Position numbers and translations under genes: made by a program. The notes beneath the pieces are model-generated. The model was given only the letters and a program-made list of their open reading frames with translations. It was not told where the DNA came from and made no database searches. This document shows positions 1 to 8,453 of a stretch of 56,212 bases of DNA, piece by piece (position 1 is the stretch's first letter; the number at the start of each line of letters is the position of its first letter). This DNA is from Methanocellales archaeon (GTDB lineage: Archaea > Halobacteriota > JAWCLZ01), in NCBI GenBank assembly GCA_038850285.1, contig JAWCMA010000003.1, positions 1 through 56,212 of the forward strand. Direction: 5' to 3'.

Positions 1-2
1 CA

Positions 3-746
3 GCTGTAATTGGAGACAAACTAGCTAAGAAGCTAGAAGTAAGGGTGAGAGATGTAGCTTTACTGTCTTACCCTGATGCTAAAAGGAGCGTGAGAATTAT
101 AGGCCTCATTCATACTGGTACTAGCATTGATGAAACCTTGGTTTATACTTCTCTCTTCATGGCTCAGAGTTTTTATGGGGTAAATGATGTGGTAAATGAA
201 ATTGCTATTAGAGTGGATGATATCTATATAGCAGATGAAGTGTCTAGGGAGATCGAGAGAGAAACCGAATATAGAGCAGCGAGCTGGATTGAATCTTTAT
301 CGGATTTACTCGCTTTTTTAGAAAGTCAATATGGTATGATCTTATTATACTATGCATTGATATTCATCATCGCGGGATTTGGTATTGCTAATGTGCTTAT
401 AATGATTGTTTCAGCGAAGATAAAGGAAATTGGAATGCTCATGGCAATGGGAGCAACAAGGCGAAGCATAGCAGAGATTTTCATAATCCAGAGTATGGTC
501 TTCGCCTGCATTGGTATAGCTATTGGAAGCATTGTGGCATATGTACTAGAGCTATTACTCCAGAGTTACCCCATATCAACTCCTGAAGAGATTTATTTCG
601 GACTTACATTTCTCCCAGTTGAAATCAACCTGCAAAACTTCTTAATCGCCGCTGTCTTTGCATTTCTAATTAGTGCGATAGTCGGGGTTTATCCCGCTTT
701 ACAAGCAAGCAAATTAGACCCTGTGGAGGCATTAAGAGTTGTCTGA
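3..746 (+). CDS. ABC transporter permease, FtsX/MacB/LolCE-like (5' end truncated by window edge)
   Basis: The frame is open from base 3 (AVIGDKLAKKLEV...) upstream of the track's GTG at 45. The C-terminal part is a multi-TM FtsX-type domain. The stop (744-746) overlaps the start of the downstream ATPase gene. Confidence 0.85.
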   Translation, partial: AVIGDKLAKKLEVRVRDVALLSYPDAKRSVRIIGLIHTGTSIDETLVYTSLFMAQSFYGVNDVVNEIAIRVDDIYIADEVSREIERETEYRAASWIESLSDLLAFLESQYGMILLYYALIFIIAGFGIANVLIMIVSAKIKEIGMLMAMGATRRSIAEIFIIQSMVFACIGIAIGSIVAYVLELLLQSYPISTPEEIYFGLTFLPVEINLQNFLIAAVFAFLISAIVGVYPALQASKLDPVEALRVV

Positions 747-1419
747 AAATGCAGTTGAATTGAGAAATGTGAACAAGATCTATCGCAATGGCGTAGGCCA
801 CCATGCCCTTAAAGATGTTAACCTAGTTATTGAAAAGGGGGAGTTTTTGGCTATCGTTGGTCCCTCGGGATCGGGTAAAAGTACTCTCCTCAATTTAATA
901 GGCTTGCTAGATACACCCACTTCGGGAGAAATATACATAAGAGGTGTGGACGTGACTAAAATCTCTCAAGAAGAAAGGGCTAGAATTAGAAATCAAGAAC
1001 TAGGTTTTATCTTTCAATACCACTATCTCCTCCCCGACTTTACTGCTCTAGAAAATGTAATGATGCCGCTTCTAATAGCGAGGAAGAGTAAAGCAGAAGC
1101 AGAAAAAACCGCGAGAGACTTACTTGAATTGATGGGACTTGGTGCTCGAATGGATCATAAATTTAATCAACTTTCAGGTGGTGAAAATCAACGAGTAGCA
1201 GTTGCAAGAGCCCTAGCAAACAATCCTGCTATTGTACTTGGGGATGAGCCAACAGGCAACTTGGATACCAAAACGAGCGATGCAATCTACGAGCTCCTGA
1301 GGCACTTGAATCTAGAGAGAAAGCAAACATTTATCATCGTCACCCACAATCTTGATCTGGCTAAGAAGGCTGATAGAATCATCAAGCTCGTGGATGGCAT
1401 TATTATCATCCCAGATTAA
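739..1419 (+). CDS. ABC transporter ATP-binding protein (MacB/LolD-like)
   Basis: Walker A GPSGSGKST, ABC signature LSGGENQR, Walker B LGDEPTGNLD. The TTG start overlaps the permease stop. Confidence 0.93.
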   Translation: MSENAVELRNVNKIYRNGVGHHALKDVNLVIEKGEFLAIVGPSGSGKSTLLNLIGLLDTPTSGEIYIRGVDVTKISQEERARIRNQELGFIFQYHYLLPDFTALENVMMPLLIARKSKAEAEKTARDLLELMGLGARMDHKFNQLSGGENQRVAVARALANNPAIVLGDEPTGNLDTKTSDAIYELLRHLNLERKQTFIIVTHNLDLAKKADRIIKLVDGIIIIPD

Positions 1420-1507
1420 ATTCACCTTTTAGGGTTATAGAAGAAACTCCGACTTAGACGAATAGAACGGATTGAGTTTCATCTTACCAATACCCAGTAA
1501 ATCCTGT

Positions 1508-2320
1508 TTAATGTATAAATGCATCCACAGCAACATGCCACACCCCAGGTGAATATTTTTTAATTCTCCTCTGCTCTATGATTTCAGCCTTTTTGCCAAG
1601 TGCTTCAGCCGCTTGCCTTATTCTCTCTCTGGGTCTTGTTTCCAGGAGTGCCTCTGGTGCTGCTTCGTGATAATGTAGAAATCCACTTGGTTTTAGCGCT
1701 TCTATAGCTGGCTTTAAATAAGCGTGGGTCTCATGCACATAGCCCATTATAACTCGATCAGCGATATTCTTAGGAGTGACTTTTGAGCAATCACCAAGTA
1801 GGGGTTCCACTATTTCCTCAACTTTATTCAGCACGATATTTTGTTTTAAATAGTGAAAAGCAACTGGATTGAGTTCAATTGCATAGATTTTCTTAGGCTT
1901 GGAATGCACCGCCATTGGTATTGAAAAATACCCTATACCTGCGAACATATCCACAACCACCTCGCCTCTGCCAAGCTTTGACATTCGCAACCGCTCAGCT
2001 AAATTACCCGGGGAGAAAATTAACTTTGCTGCATCGAGTTTGAATTTGCATTTATTTTCAAGGTGTATGGTTTCGGTTTCACTCCCTACTATTATTTCCA
2101 CATCTGGCTCTCTAAACTTGCCCCTAACCCCTTTATCATTTAATACTGTTTTACATCTTGGATATAGCTTTGAAAATGCTTCTCCAATTTCTTTTTTCCT
2201 ATGCTCAAGTTCCCTTGGTATTTTAACAATTATAATGCTTCCAAGCACTTGCCAGCGCTTGGGAAGCAGCTTTAGTTCTTCTTCTGGTAAGGATAGAACA
2301 CTTGCGAGCGCGCTTTTCAT
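1508..2320 (-). CDS. SAM-dependent tRNA-modifying enzyme, Trm5/Taw2 (Met-10+) family
   Basis: SAM-binding motif VVDMFAGIGYFSIP and family-typical ELNP and GY..E segments. At 270 aa it lacks the extra N-terminal domain of full-length Trm5, so it is closer in size to Taw2. Confidence 0.8.
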   Translation of the reverse strand: MKSALASVLSLPEEELKLLPKRWQVLGSIIIVKIPRELEHRKKEIGEAFSKLYPRCKTVLNDKGVRGKFREPDVEIIVGSETETIHLENKCKFKLDAAKLIFSPGNLAERLRMSKLGRGEVVVDMFAGIGYFSIPMAVHSKPKKIYAIELNPVAFHYLKQNIVLNKVEEIVEPLLGDCSKVTPKNIADRVIMGYVHETHAYLKPAIEALKPSGFLHYHEAAPEALLETRPRERIRQAAEALGKKAEIIEQRRIKKYSPGVWHVAVDAFIH

Positions 2321-2390
2321 CGAATTTAATTAGAATCAAACTAAATTATATAAGATTGCATTAGAACTTATATTTATATTTAGAAGCTCT

Positions 2391-3236
2391 TTGAGGACGA
2401 AGGTTATGAATATCTTGATTTATGCTGGGAGAGAGCAAAACTGGATGCCTGTTTTTAAGTCGCTTGGTGTTGAGGCAAAGCAAGTTATGTTCGAGGAAAC
2501 CGAGGTAATTAAAACCATTGATGATAAGCACGAGATTTTGATCGCCGGTGAGGGATCAATGGAATTCGATGGCATCCTCTGGAGAATTGGCAATATCCAG
2601 CCTTTTAAATATCATCTTCAAACGCTCTATACCCTTAATCTATGCAGCATTCCAATGCTAAACAGTAGAGCTTGCTCGATTCAATGCTATGATAAATTGC
2701 TCATGTTTTCTGCTTTGAAAAAAGCAGGGCTGCCCCTTATTCCAATGGAGGTATATTCTAGTGCTCGTATGCTCTCGCAATCTCCACCTTTTCTCCCCTG
2801 TGTGGTGAAAATCGGAAGCTATCATGCGGGATTGAATAAATTTCTAGTTGAAGATGAACGTGAGTGGATGGACTTAAGAAGTGTAATTAGAACAATGGAG
2901 CAGTACCTCGTGGTGGAGCCATATATAAATGTATATGAAGACATAAGGCTGCTTAAGATAGGCGAAGAAATTTATGGATTAACTAGGAAGGGCTGGACTT
3001 GGAAGTCAAATGAGCTTTTAAAATCACATGAGTTCTTTAAGCCAAGGGATGATTTGAAAGAAATGATTTATAAAGCATCAAAAGCTGTGGATGCTGATGT
3101 ATGCGCTTTAGATCTTTTGCTAGACTATGAAAATCGCATATATGTGCTTGAGTTAATCGATGTACCTGATTTAGAGCTCTTTCCAAAGGCATATGAAAAA
3201 GTGGCTAAGTTAATGATTGAAAAAGCGAGAAAATAG
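2391..3236 (+). CDS. ATP-grasp protein, synapsin-C/RimK-like
   Basis: VVKIGSYHAGLNKFLVE ... EPYI...DIRLLKIG ... WKSN ... CALDLL...LELID resembles the synapsin C-domain ATP-grasp core. The true start may be the ATG at 2406. Confidence 0.65.
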   Translation: MRTKVMNILIYAGREQNWMPVFKSLGVEAKQVMFEETEVIKTIDDKHEILIAGEGSMEFDGILWRIGNIQPFKYHLQTLYTLNLCSIPMLNSRACSIQCYDKLLMFSALKKAGLPLIPMEVYSSARMLSQSPPFLPCVVKIGSYHAGLNKFLVEDEREWMDLRSVIRTMEQYLVVEPYINVYEDIRLLKIGEEIYGLTRKGWTWKSNELLKSHEFFKPRDDLKEMIYKASKAVDADVCALDLLLDYENRIYVLELIDVPDLELFPKAYEKVAKLMIEKARK

Positions 3237-3422
3237 CAGCAACTGGATTTCGGTAATCCCTCTAAGTTCATTACTGCAATTACACGGGTTTTGAATCGTG
3301 AAAGATAGCAACTTGGCTTGGTATTTGAGTGATAGAGATCGCTTCGATCTTGTGGTAAATGTAAATAATCTATAATCTATATGACCATCAAACTTAAAAA
3401 TATATAAACCTAATAATAAGTA

Positions 3423-4199
3423 GTGTTTGGTGATAATATGAAATTTGATGTAACAGTCAGAAAAGACTTGGCCACAACTGGCGTGAGAGGACTTGATTCA
3501 CTGCTAGGCGGGGGGGTACCATATGGCACTTCTCTCTTACTGCTAGCTGAACCAGGTGCAGGCTCTGAAACTTTTGCAGAGCAATTCATAATAGGGGGGC
3601 TGCAGAGTGGTGAAGAGGTGAGTTATTTCTCCACAGAGAGGCCTGTTGAGGAGATAAAAAAGGAGATGCTGCGCTTCAGTTGGGATACCACTCCCTTTGA
3701 AGAAGCCGGGAAAATAAAGTTCATCGACGCATATACCCCGAGATTCATACATATAATGCCAAAAGCTTTGATCAAAAAACAGGATGCAAAGGAATATCTT
3801 AGATCTGGCGCAGATGCCCTAAGTCTATTGAAATCTGTAATGGTAGATGAATGCACTACTGAGTATAGAGGAGTGATCGACTCCCTTTCATTCTTCCTCA
3901 CGAAGTATAATCTCGAGGATGTAACTAAAGTAATGGAGTCAGTGATGTCAATGGGCAAGGCTACGAGGGGTACAAGATTGTTCCTCATGACCCGCGGCAT
4001 GCATGATTCTTTGATTGAGAATACCATGAAGCACATGGCTGATGGAGTAATTGAATTTATAATTCGCGAGCGAGGCAGTGAATTGGAGAGACAGGTTGTA
4101 ATTCGAAAGATGAGAGGCATGTTCATCCCGAATAAGACTTTTGTTTACCATATAACTCCTCGAGGCATAGAACTCGAAACCACCACTAGAGTGCTTTAG
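3423..4199 (+). CDS. KaiC/RecA-superfamily single-domain protein with degenerate Walker A
   Basis: GVRGLDSLLGGGVPYGTSLLLLAEPGAGSETFAEQF: the P-loop reads GAGSE where GxGK[ST] is expected. It has a Walker-B-like VIDSLSFF and a C-terminal IRKMRG motif. The start could be the ATG at 3438. Confidence 0.8.
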   Translation: MFGDNMKFDVTVRKDLATTGVRGLDSLLGGGVPYGTSLLLLAEPGAGSETFAEQFIIGGLQSGEEVSYFSTERPVEEIKKEMLRFSWDTTPFEEAGKIKFIDAYTPRFIHIMPKALIKKQDAKEYLRSGADALSLLKSVMVDECTTEYRGVIDSLSFFLTKYNLEDVTKVMESVMSMGKATRGTRLFLMTRGMHDSLIENTMKHMADGVIEFIIRERGSELERQVVIRKMRGMFIPNKTFVYHITPRGIELETTTRVL

Positions 4200-4211
4200 G
4201 ATAAAATTTTC

Positions 4212-4616
4212 ATGACAGGAGAATTGCTAAGCACGCATGTTAAGCCTAGACATATAAGTGAAGAAATACTCATATTCGGGAGCTGCACTGCAATCGAGTA
4301 TCCTGAGATTCTTAAAAAATTCAAAGAAAGTACAAAGCTGCATATCTGCCTTGAGAAATTCCACGTGGAGCAAGCTGCTTGGAAGATAGCTATGATAGCG
4401 AGAGAAAATGAAATTAAAAGCATTGCAGTATTAACAGTGGATGGCTCTCCTCACTGCCTGCAGCTGCACTTTGCACTTGAAGACCTGCAGAAATTATTTC
4501 CAAATTTGAAGGTAAGGCACTATGTGATAGAAAAATCAAAACTCCATGAGGTAAGCAGTGAAGCAATAAGAATCTCGAGGCATTTGAGTGCAATTGAAAA
4601 ACTGATAAGGGAGTGA
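4212..4616 (+). CDS. hypothetical protein (134 aa), family not recognised
   Basis: Protein-like ORF packed 12 nt after the KaiC-like gene and 4 nt before the PIN-ATPase gene. It contains three Cys. Confidence 0.5.
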   Translation: MTGELLSTHVKPRHISEEILIFGSCTAIEYPEILKKFKESTKLHICLEKFHVEQAAWKIAMIARENEIKSIAVLTVDGSPHCLQLHFALEDLQKLFPNLKVRHYVIEKSKLHEVSSEAIRISRHLSAIEKLIRE

Positions 4617-4620
4617 GAAT

Positions 4621-6441
4621 TTGAAAGTCGTTCCAGACACCAGCGTCATAATAGATGGTAGAATAACTGCTAAAATTGAAAGCGGTGAATTCGCAGGTGC
4701 AGAGATAATCATACCCGAGGCAGTTGTAGCTGAGCTTGAGGCTCAAGCTAATCAAGGCAGGGAAACGGGATTCAGCGGGCTCAATGAATTAAAAAAACTT
4801 AGTGAAATGGTCAAAGAGGGAAAAATTACCCTGAGATTCGCTGGCGATAGACCAACCCTTGAACAAATTAGATTGGCATCGAGAGGCGCGATTGATGCCG
4901 TGATCAGGCACATTGCCTCCGAAGCTGGCGCCACATTCATAACAAGTGATATAGTTCAAGCAGAGGTAGCCAGAGCCAAGGGCCTTGAGGTGATATATCT
5001 ATCTCCAGTTAAAGAACCGCTGGATAAACTCAGACTCGAGGAATTCTTCACTAAGGATACTATTTCAGTTCACTTGAAGGAGAGAGCTATTCCAATGGCA
5101 AAGAGAGGTGCAATTGGAAACCTGCGTTTAGTTGAGCTCAGGGATCGCCCAATGAGCGAGAAGGAAATGCGAGAATTAGCCCACGAGATAATTGAGAGAG
5201 CAAAGCGAGACCCCCATGGTTTTATTGAAATTGAGAAAGAGGGGGCAACCATTATTCAACTCGGGCCTATGAGAATAGCAATTGCAAGACCACCTTTTTC
5301 AGACGGCTTAGAGATAACTGCAGTTCGCCCAATTGCAAATATAAGCCTTGATGACTATCGAATGAGTCGAGAATTAAAAGAGCGCATTCTTGAAAAACAG
5401 CGAGGCATACTCATCGCTGGTCCACCTGGTGCGGGTAAGTCAACGCTTGCAGCTGGAATTGCACAGTATCTCCAAGAGCATGAATTTGTAGTCAAGACAA
5501 TGGAGAAACCCCGAGACTTGCAAGTTAGCGAGGAAATCACTCAATATACAGCGCTTGAGAATAGCATGGCGAATACCGCGGATATACTGCTCTTGGTCAG
5601 GCCAGATTATACAATATTCGATGAACTTCGCAAGACTGAAGATTTCAAGGTTTTCGCTGATCTGCGCTTAGCTGGCGTGGGAATGGTGGGCGTGGTGCAT
5701 GCTACTAGAGCAATCGATGCCCTTCAGAGGTTGATTGGAAGAGTGGAACTAGGTATAATTCCACAAATCGTGGATACCATTGTATTCGTGGAAGCAGGGG
5801 AGATCAAGAAAGTTTATGATATTAAGTTCACTGTTAAGGTCCCCAGCGGCATGGTTGAGGCAGACCTTGCAAGACCAGTTATAGAAGTAATTGATTTTGA
5901 AACCCGCGAACTTGAATTCGAAGTCTATTCTTTTGGAGAGCAAGTGGTTGTAATGCAGGTTGGGAGGGAAAGGGTAAAGAAACCAACTTGGAGACTTGTG
6001 GAGCGGGGTATTCAAAAAGAAGTTGGCAGATATACCGAGGGCTATGTGGAAGTGGAAATGAAGTCTGACTCAAAGGCAGTGGTTTACCTCGAAGAAGAAG
6101 ATATTCCACGAGTTTTAGGAAAGGGTGGGAAAACCATTGAGAAGATAGAAAAAGCGTTGGGTATAAGTATAGATGTTCGAAGCATTGAGGAGAAGAAAAA
6201 GGAGAAAATGAAGGGGGAGAAACTTCCAGTTAAAGTAGAAATAACGGATAAACATATAATTTTAAAGGTCAAAGGCTCGCCTGGCGATACAGTGGAGATA
6301 TATGCAGGTGGAAGTTATCTTTTCACAGCAACTATAGGCAGAGCAGGTGAAATAAAGATTACCAAGGGTTCAACCATTTCAGATGAAATTCAAGATATAA
6401 TTGAGGCAGGTGAAGAGATATATTCAAAATTTGTGGGATGA
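4621..6441 (+). CDS. PIN domain + PilT/PhoH-like P-loop ATPase + KH domain protein
   Basis: N-terminal PIN-like VVPDTSVIIDGR...TSD, Walker A GPPGAGKSTLA, and a C-terminal KH GxxG motif (VLGKGGKTIEKIEKALG). TTG start. Confidence 0.88.
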   Translation: MKVVPDTSVIIDGRITAKIESGEFAGAEIIIPEAVVAELEAQANQGRETGFSGLNELKKLSEMVKEGKITLRFAGDRPTLEQIRLASRGAIDAVIRHIASEAGATFITSDIVQAEVARAKGLEVIYLSPVKEPLDKLRLEEFFTKDTISVHLKERAIPMAKRGAIGNLRLVELRDRPMSEKEMRELAHEIIERAKRDPHGFIEIEKEGATIIQLGPMRIAIARPPFSDGLEITAVRPIANISLDDYRMSRELKERILEKQRGILIAGPPGAGKSTLAAGIAQYLQEHEFVVKTMEKPRDLQVSEEITQYTALENSMANTADILLLVRPDYTIFDELRKTEDFKVFADLRLAGVGMVGVVHATRAIDALQRLIGRVELGIIPQIVDTIVFVEAGEIKKVYDIKFTVKVPSGMVEADLARPVIEVIDFETRELEFEVYSFGEQVVVMQVGRERVKKPTWRLVERGIQKEVGRYTEGYVEVEMKSDSKAVVYLEEEDIPRVLGKGGKTIEKIEKALGISIDVRSIEEKKKEKMKGEKLPVKVEITDKHIILKVKGSPGDTVEIYAGGSYLFTATIGRAGEIKITKGSTISDEIQDIIEAGEEIYSKFVG

Positions 6442-6466
6442 GGAGAGTTATAAGGAGAGTTATCCT

Positions 6467-6610
6467 ATGGAGAAGATCTGTCCCGAGTGCAGCGGGAAGA
6501 TGGTTCCTTGGCGATATAAAATGGCAGATGCATATGGCAAGATAAAGCCATATCAGCAGCAGGTAACCATCTATAAATGCACCACGTGTGGACTTGAGAG
6601 AGAGGAATAA
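6467..6610 (+). CDS. small zinc-ribbon protein (47 aa)
   Basis: CPEC...CTTC pair. ATG at 6467 is preceded by AAGGAGAG. The longer track ORF from 6401 overlaps the upstream gene and is unlikely. Confidence 0.55.
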   Translation: MEKICPECSGKMVPWRYKMADAYGKIKPYQQQVTIYKCTTCGLEREE

Positions 6611-6626
6611 GCTAAATCAAAAAATA

Positions 6627-6974
6627 CTAAATCAATGGTAAAACTCGATTGCGCAGGTAGTTCAGAAAAGTCTGCTCCTGCGCGAGATCGATTTCAAGCT
6701 GCTTTATTTCATCTGAATAGCTGTTTAGCTTTGAAAGATATTCAGGGTAAACTTCTAGATTTATCTCTTTGAGTAAATTTATGGCTTGATTGAGTTTTTC
6801 GTGCTTTTCCCTTAATTTTTCCATTTGCTTTAAATAGCGATCAATATTGGCAAGATGCTCGCTCTCGAGTTTCTTAAGCCTTTCCATTGGCTCTATTTTT
6901 ATCTCATTTCTATTTTTTGCATATAACTTTGCAAGTTCCTCAACAAATCCTATTTCAGCTTTTTGAAGCTCCAT
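6627..6974 (-). CDS. coiled-coil hypothetical protein
   Basis: Heptad-rich, K/E/L-rich 115-aa ORF located 80 nt downstream of a KaiC-like gene on the same strand. Confidence 0.5.
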   Translation of the reverse strand: MELQKAEIGFVEELAKLYAKNRNEIKIEPMERLKKLESEHLANIDRYLKQMEKLREKHEKLNQAINLLKEINLEVYPEYLSKLNSYSDEIKQLEIDLAQEQTFLNYLRNRVLPLI

Positions 6975-7054
6975 TTCATCATAATGATGAGATAAACTAA
7001 TATTTAAATTTTATCATATTTTATATTAATAAAATATAATTTGAATAGTATTAC

Positions 7055-7804
7055 TTAGACATATACTTCTTCGTGTGGATGCACCACTATTCCCCGAGAT
7101 GTAATCTCAAAAGGATGCAGCTTTCTGCTATGATCTGAGCCGCGCATCTTGAATACCTCTATGCTTCGCACTCGCACGTTTTCAGTTCGCCTGTAATACA
7201 TAGCAATGGTGCCCTCAGTGATAAATGGCTCTACGCCAAATCTGCTTGGATGATTCTCATCAACAACTTCGCAGGTTAAAAGCGAGGTTAAACCTAAAAT
7301 ATCCAGCGTGGCAGCAAGTTTCAAAAGCTCCAGGCGAATTCTAGGCACTTCACCCCCTAAAGAATAACCTATAGCAGTGGTGGAATCCACAACAGCACGC
7401 TGAGCATCTATTTCCTCTTGAACAGTTACTATCTGGTCGATTAGGGATCTTAAATCAAAAGGCCGAACATCTACATAGCGCTCGTGGGATGGTATGCCAA
7501 TTTTAGTTGCAGAGGCATCAATTATCGCTAGCTTCTTATCTTCCTCAAGTTTTTTTAAATCCCAGCCGAATGCAAGTACATCCTTTCTGATTTGCTCAGG
7601 GCGCTCCTCGGTGGCCACAAAAATTCCCCTCTCTCCATATTGTACAATACCATTGTAGAGGAATTGAACACCAAATATGGTCTTACCTGCACCGCTACCG
7701 CCTGCGAGTAGATAGCTTCTATCTCTGATCATTCCTCCGCCACATATCTCATCGAAACCTTCAATTCCTGTTTTCACGCGTTCATGCTTGTACGCCATAA
7801 CCAA
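7055..7804 (-). CDS. KaiC/RadA-like single-domain ATPase (intact P-loop)
   Basis: GIEGFDEICGGGMIRDRSYLLAGGSGAGKTIFGVQF (canonical Walker A), ATEE catalytic-Glu region, VVDS Walker B, FKMRG near the C-terminus. Confidence 0.88.
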   Translation of the reverse strand: MVMAYKHERVKTGIEGFDEICGGGMIRDRSYLLAGGSGAGKTIFGVQFLYNGIVQYGERGIFVATEERPEQIRKDVLAFGWDLKKLEEDKKLAIIDASATKIGIPSHERYVDVRPFDLRSLIDQIVTVQEEIDAQRAVVDSTTAIGYSLGGEVPRIRLELLKLAATLDILGLTSLLTCEVVDENHPSRFGVEPFITEGTIAMYYRRTENVRVRSIEVFKMRGSDHSRKLHPFEITSRGIVVHPHEEVYV

Positions 7805-7871
7805 TCCCCGGTTTCAATTAAATTTTGATTCATTCTCCTTTCGATATATAATGTTTTTTGAAGCTGCTCTT

Positions 7872-7893
7872 GGTTGAATTTGTAAATTCAACC
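7872..7893. promoter_or_regulatory. perfect 22-bp palindrome in a divergent promoter region
   Basis: GGTTGAATTT-GT-AAATTCAACC, with two perfectly complementary 10-nt arms, lies between the KaiC-like gene (-) and nrdH/nrdD (+). Confidence 0.5.
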
Positions 7894-8177
7894 TGCCATC
7901 ATTATGATGATTTGTTAATATGAACATATATTCATATATTATGACCATAGAGAAAAAGGCATAAAATATAAGGTCTTGCTGAAAAATAAAAAAATTTCAA
8001 AATCAACCAAATTTGTTATCATATTTGGTTAAATATAGTTATCAAAGTTGGATCAAAAATAATATTGTTTTGATCAGCTTTCTTATCAAAAACCACTTAT
8101 TGTTGTAATTCTTATGGGATCTTGCACAGAGATACATGCAATACACCCGCTCTCTCTCGGGTTGGAGGGGATTTACT

Positions 8178-8453
8178 ATGGTTTCAATAATAATATATAC
8201 TCTCCCAAACTGTCCATCTTGCGATAGACTTAAAAAAGAGCTAGCAAGCACTGGCTGGGTCTTTGAGGAGAGAAATATGTCCACCGCTGATTCACTTGTA
8301 GAACTTCGCTTCAATGGAGTATTCACCACCACAGCACCTGTACTGCAAATAGATGAGGAATTCTATACTTTTAAAGAAATTTTCAAAGGAGAGGGTTTGA
8401 ATAGAGAAATAATCAAGAGACTCGAGGTGAGCAAATATGGAATCCACGATTAG
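8178..8453 (+). CDS. glutaredoxin-like protein (NrdH-like)
   Basis: Redox motif YTLPNCPSCDRLK (CxxC). ATG at 8178 is preceded by GGAGGGG. It sits immediately upstream of nrdD and overlaps it. Confidence 0.8.
   Translation: MVSIIIYTLPNCPSCDRLKKELASTGWVFEERNMSTADSLVELRFNGVFTTTAPVLQIDEEFYTFKEIFKGEGLNREIIKRLEVSKYGIHD

Noticed and set aside
1899-2333. 144-aa + strand ORF
   Set aside because: It is entirely antisense to the well-supported Trm5/Taw2-family gene, and its S/L-rich composition is typical of shadow ORFs.
3543-4151. Three minus-strand ORFs (69, 167 and 67 aa)
   Set aside because: They are antisense to the KaiC-like CDS, which has clear family motifs. None has a recognisable motif.
3423-7804. 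KaiC-like genes as a circadian oscillator
   Set aside because: All are single-domain proteins (about 250 aa), not double-domain KaiC. No KaiA or KaiB is present, and two lack the P-loop lysine.
8042-8332. 96-aa minus-strand ORF
   Set aside because: It spans the AT-rich divergent promoter and the 5' end of the NrdH-like gene, with low-complexity composition.
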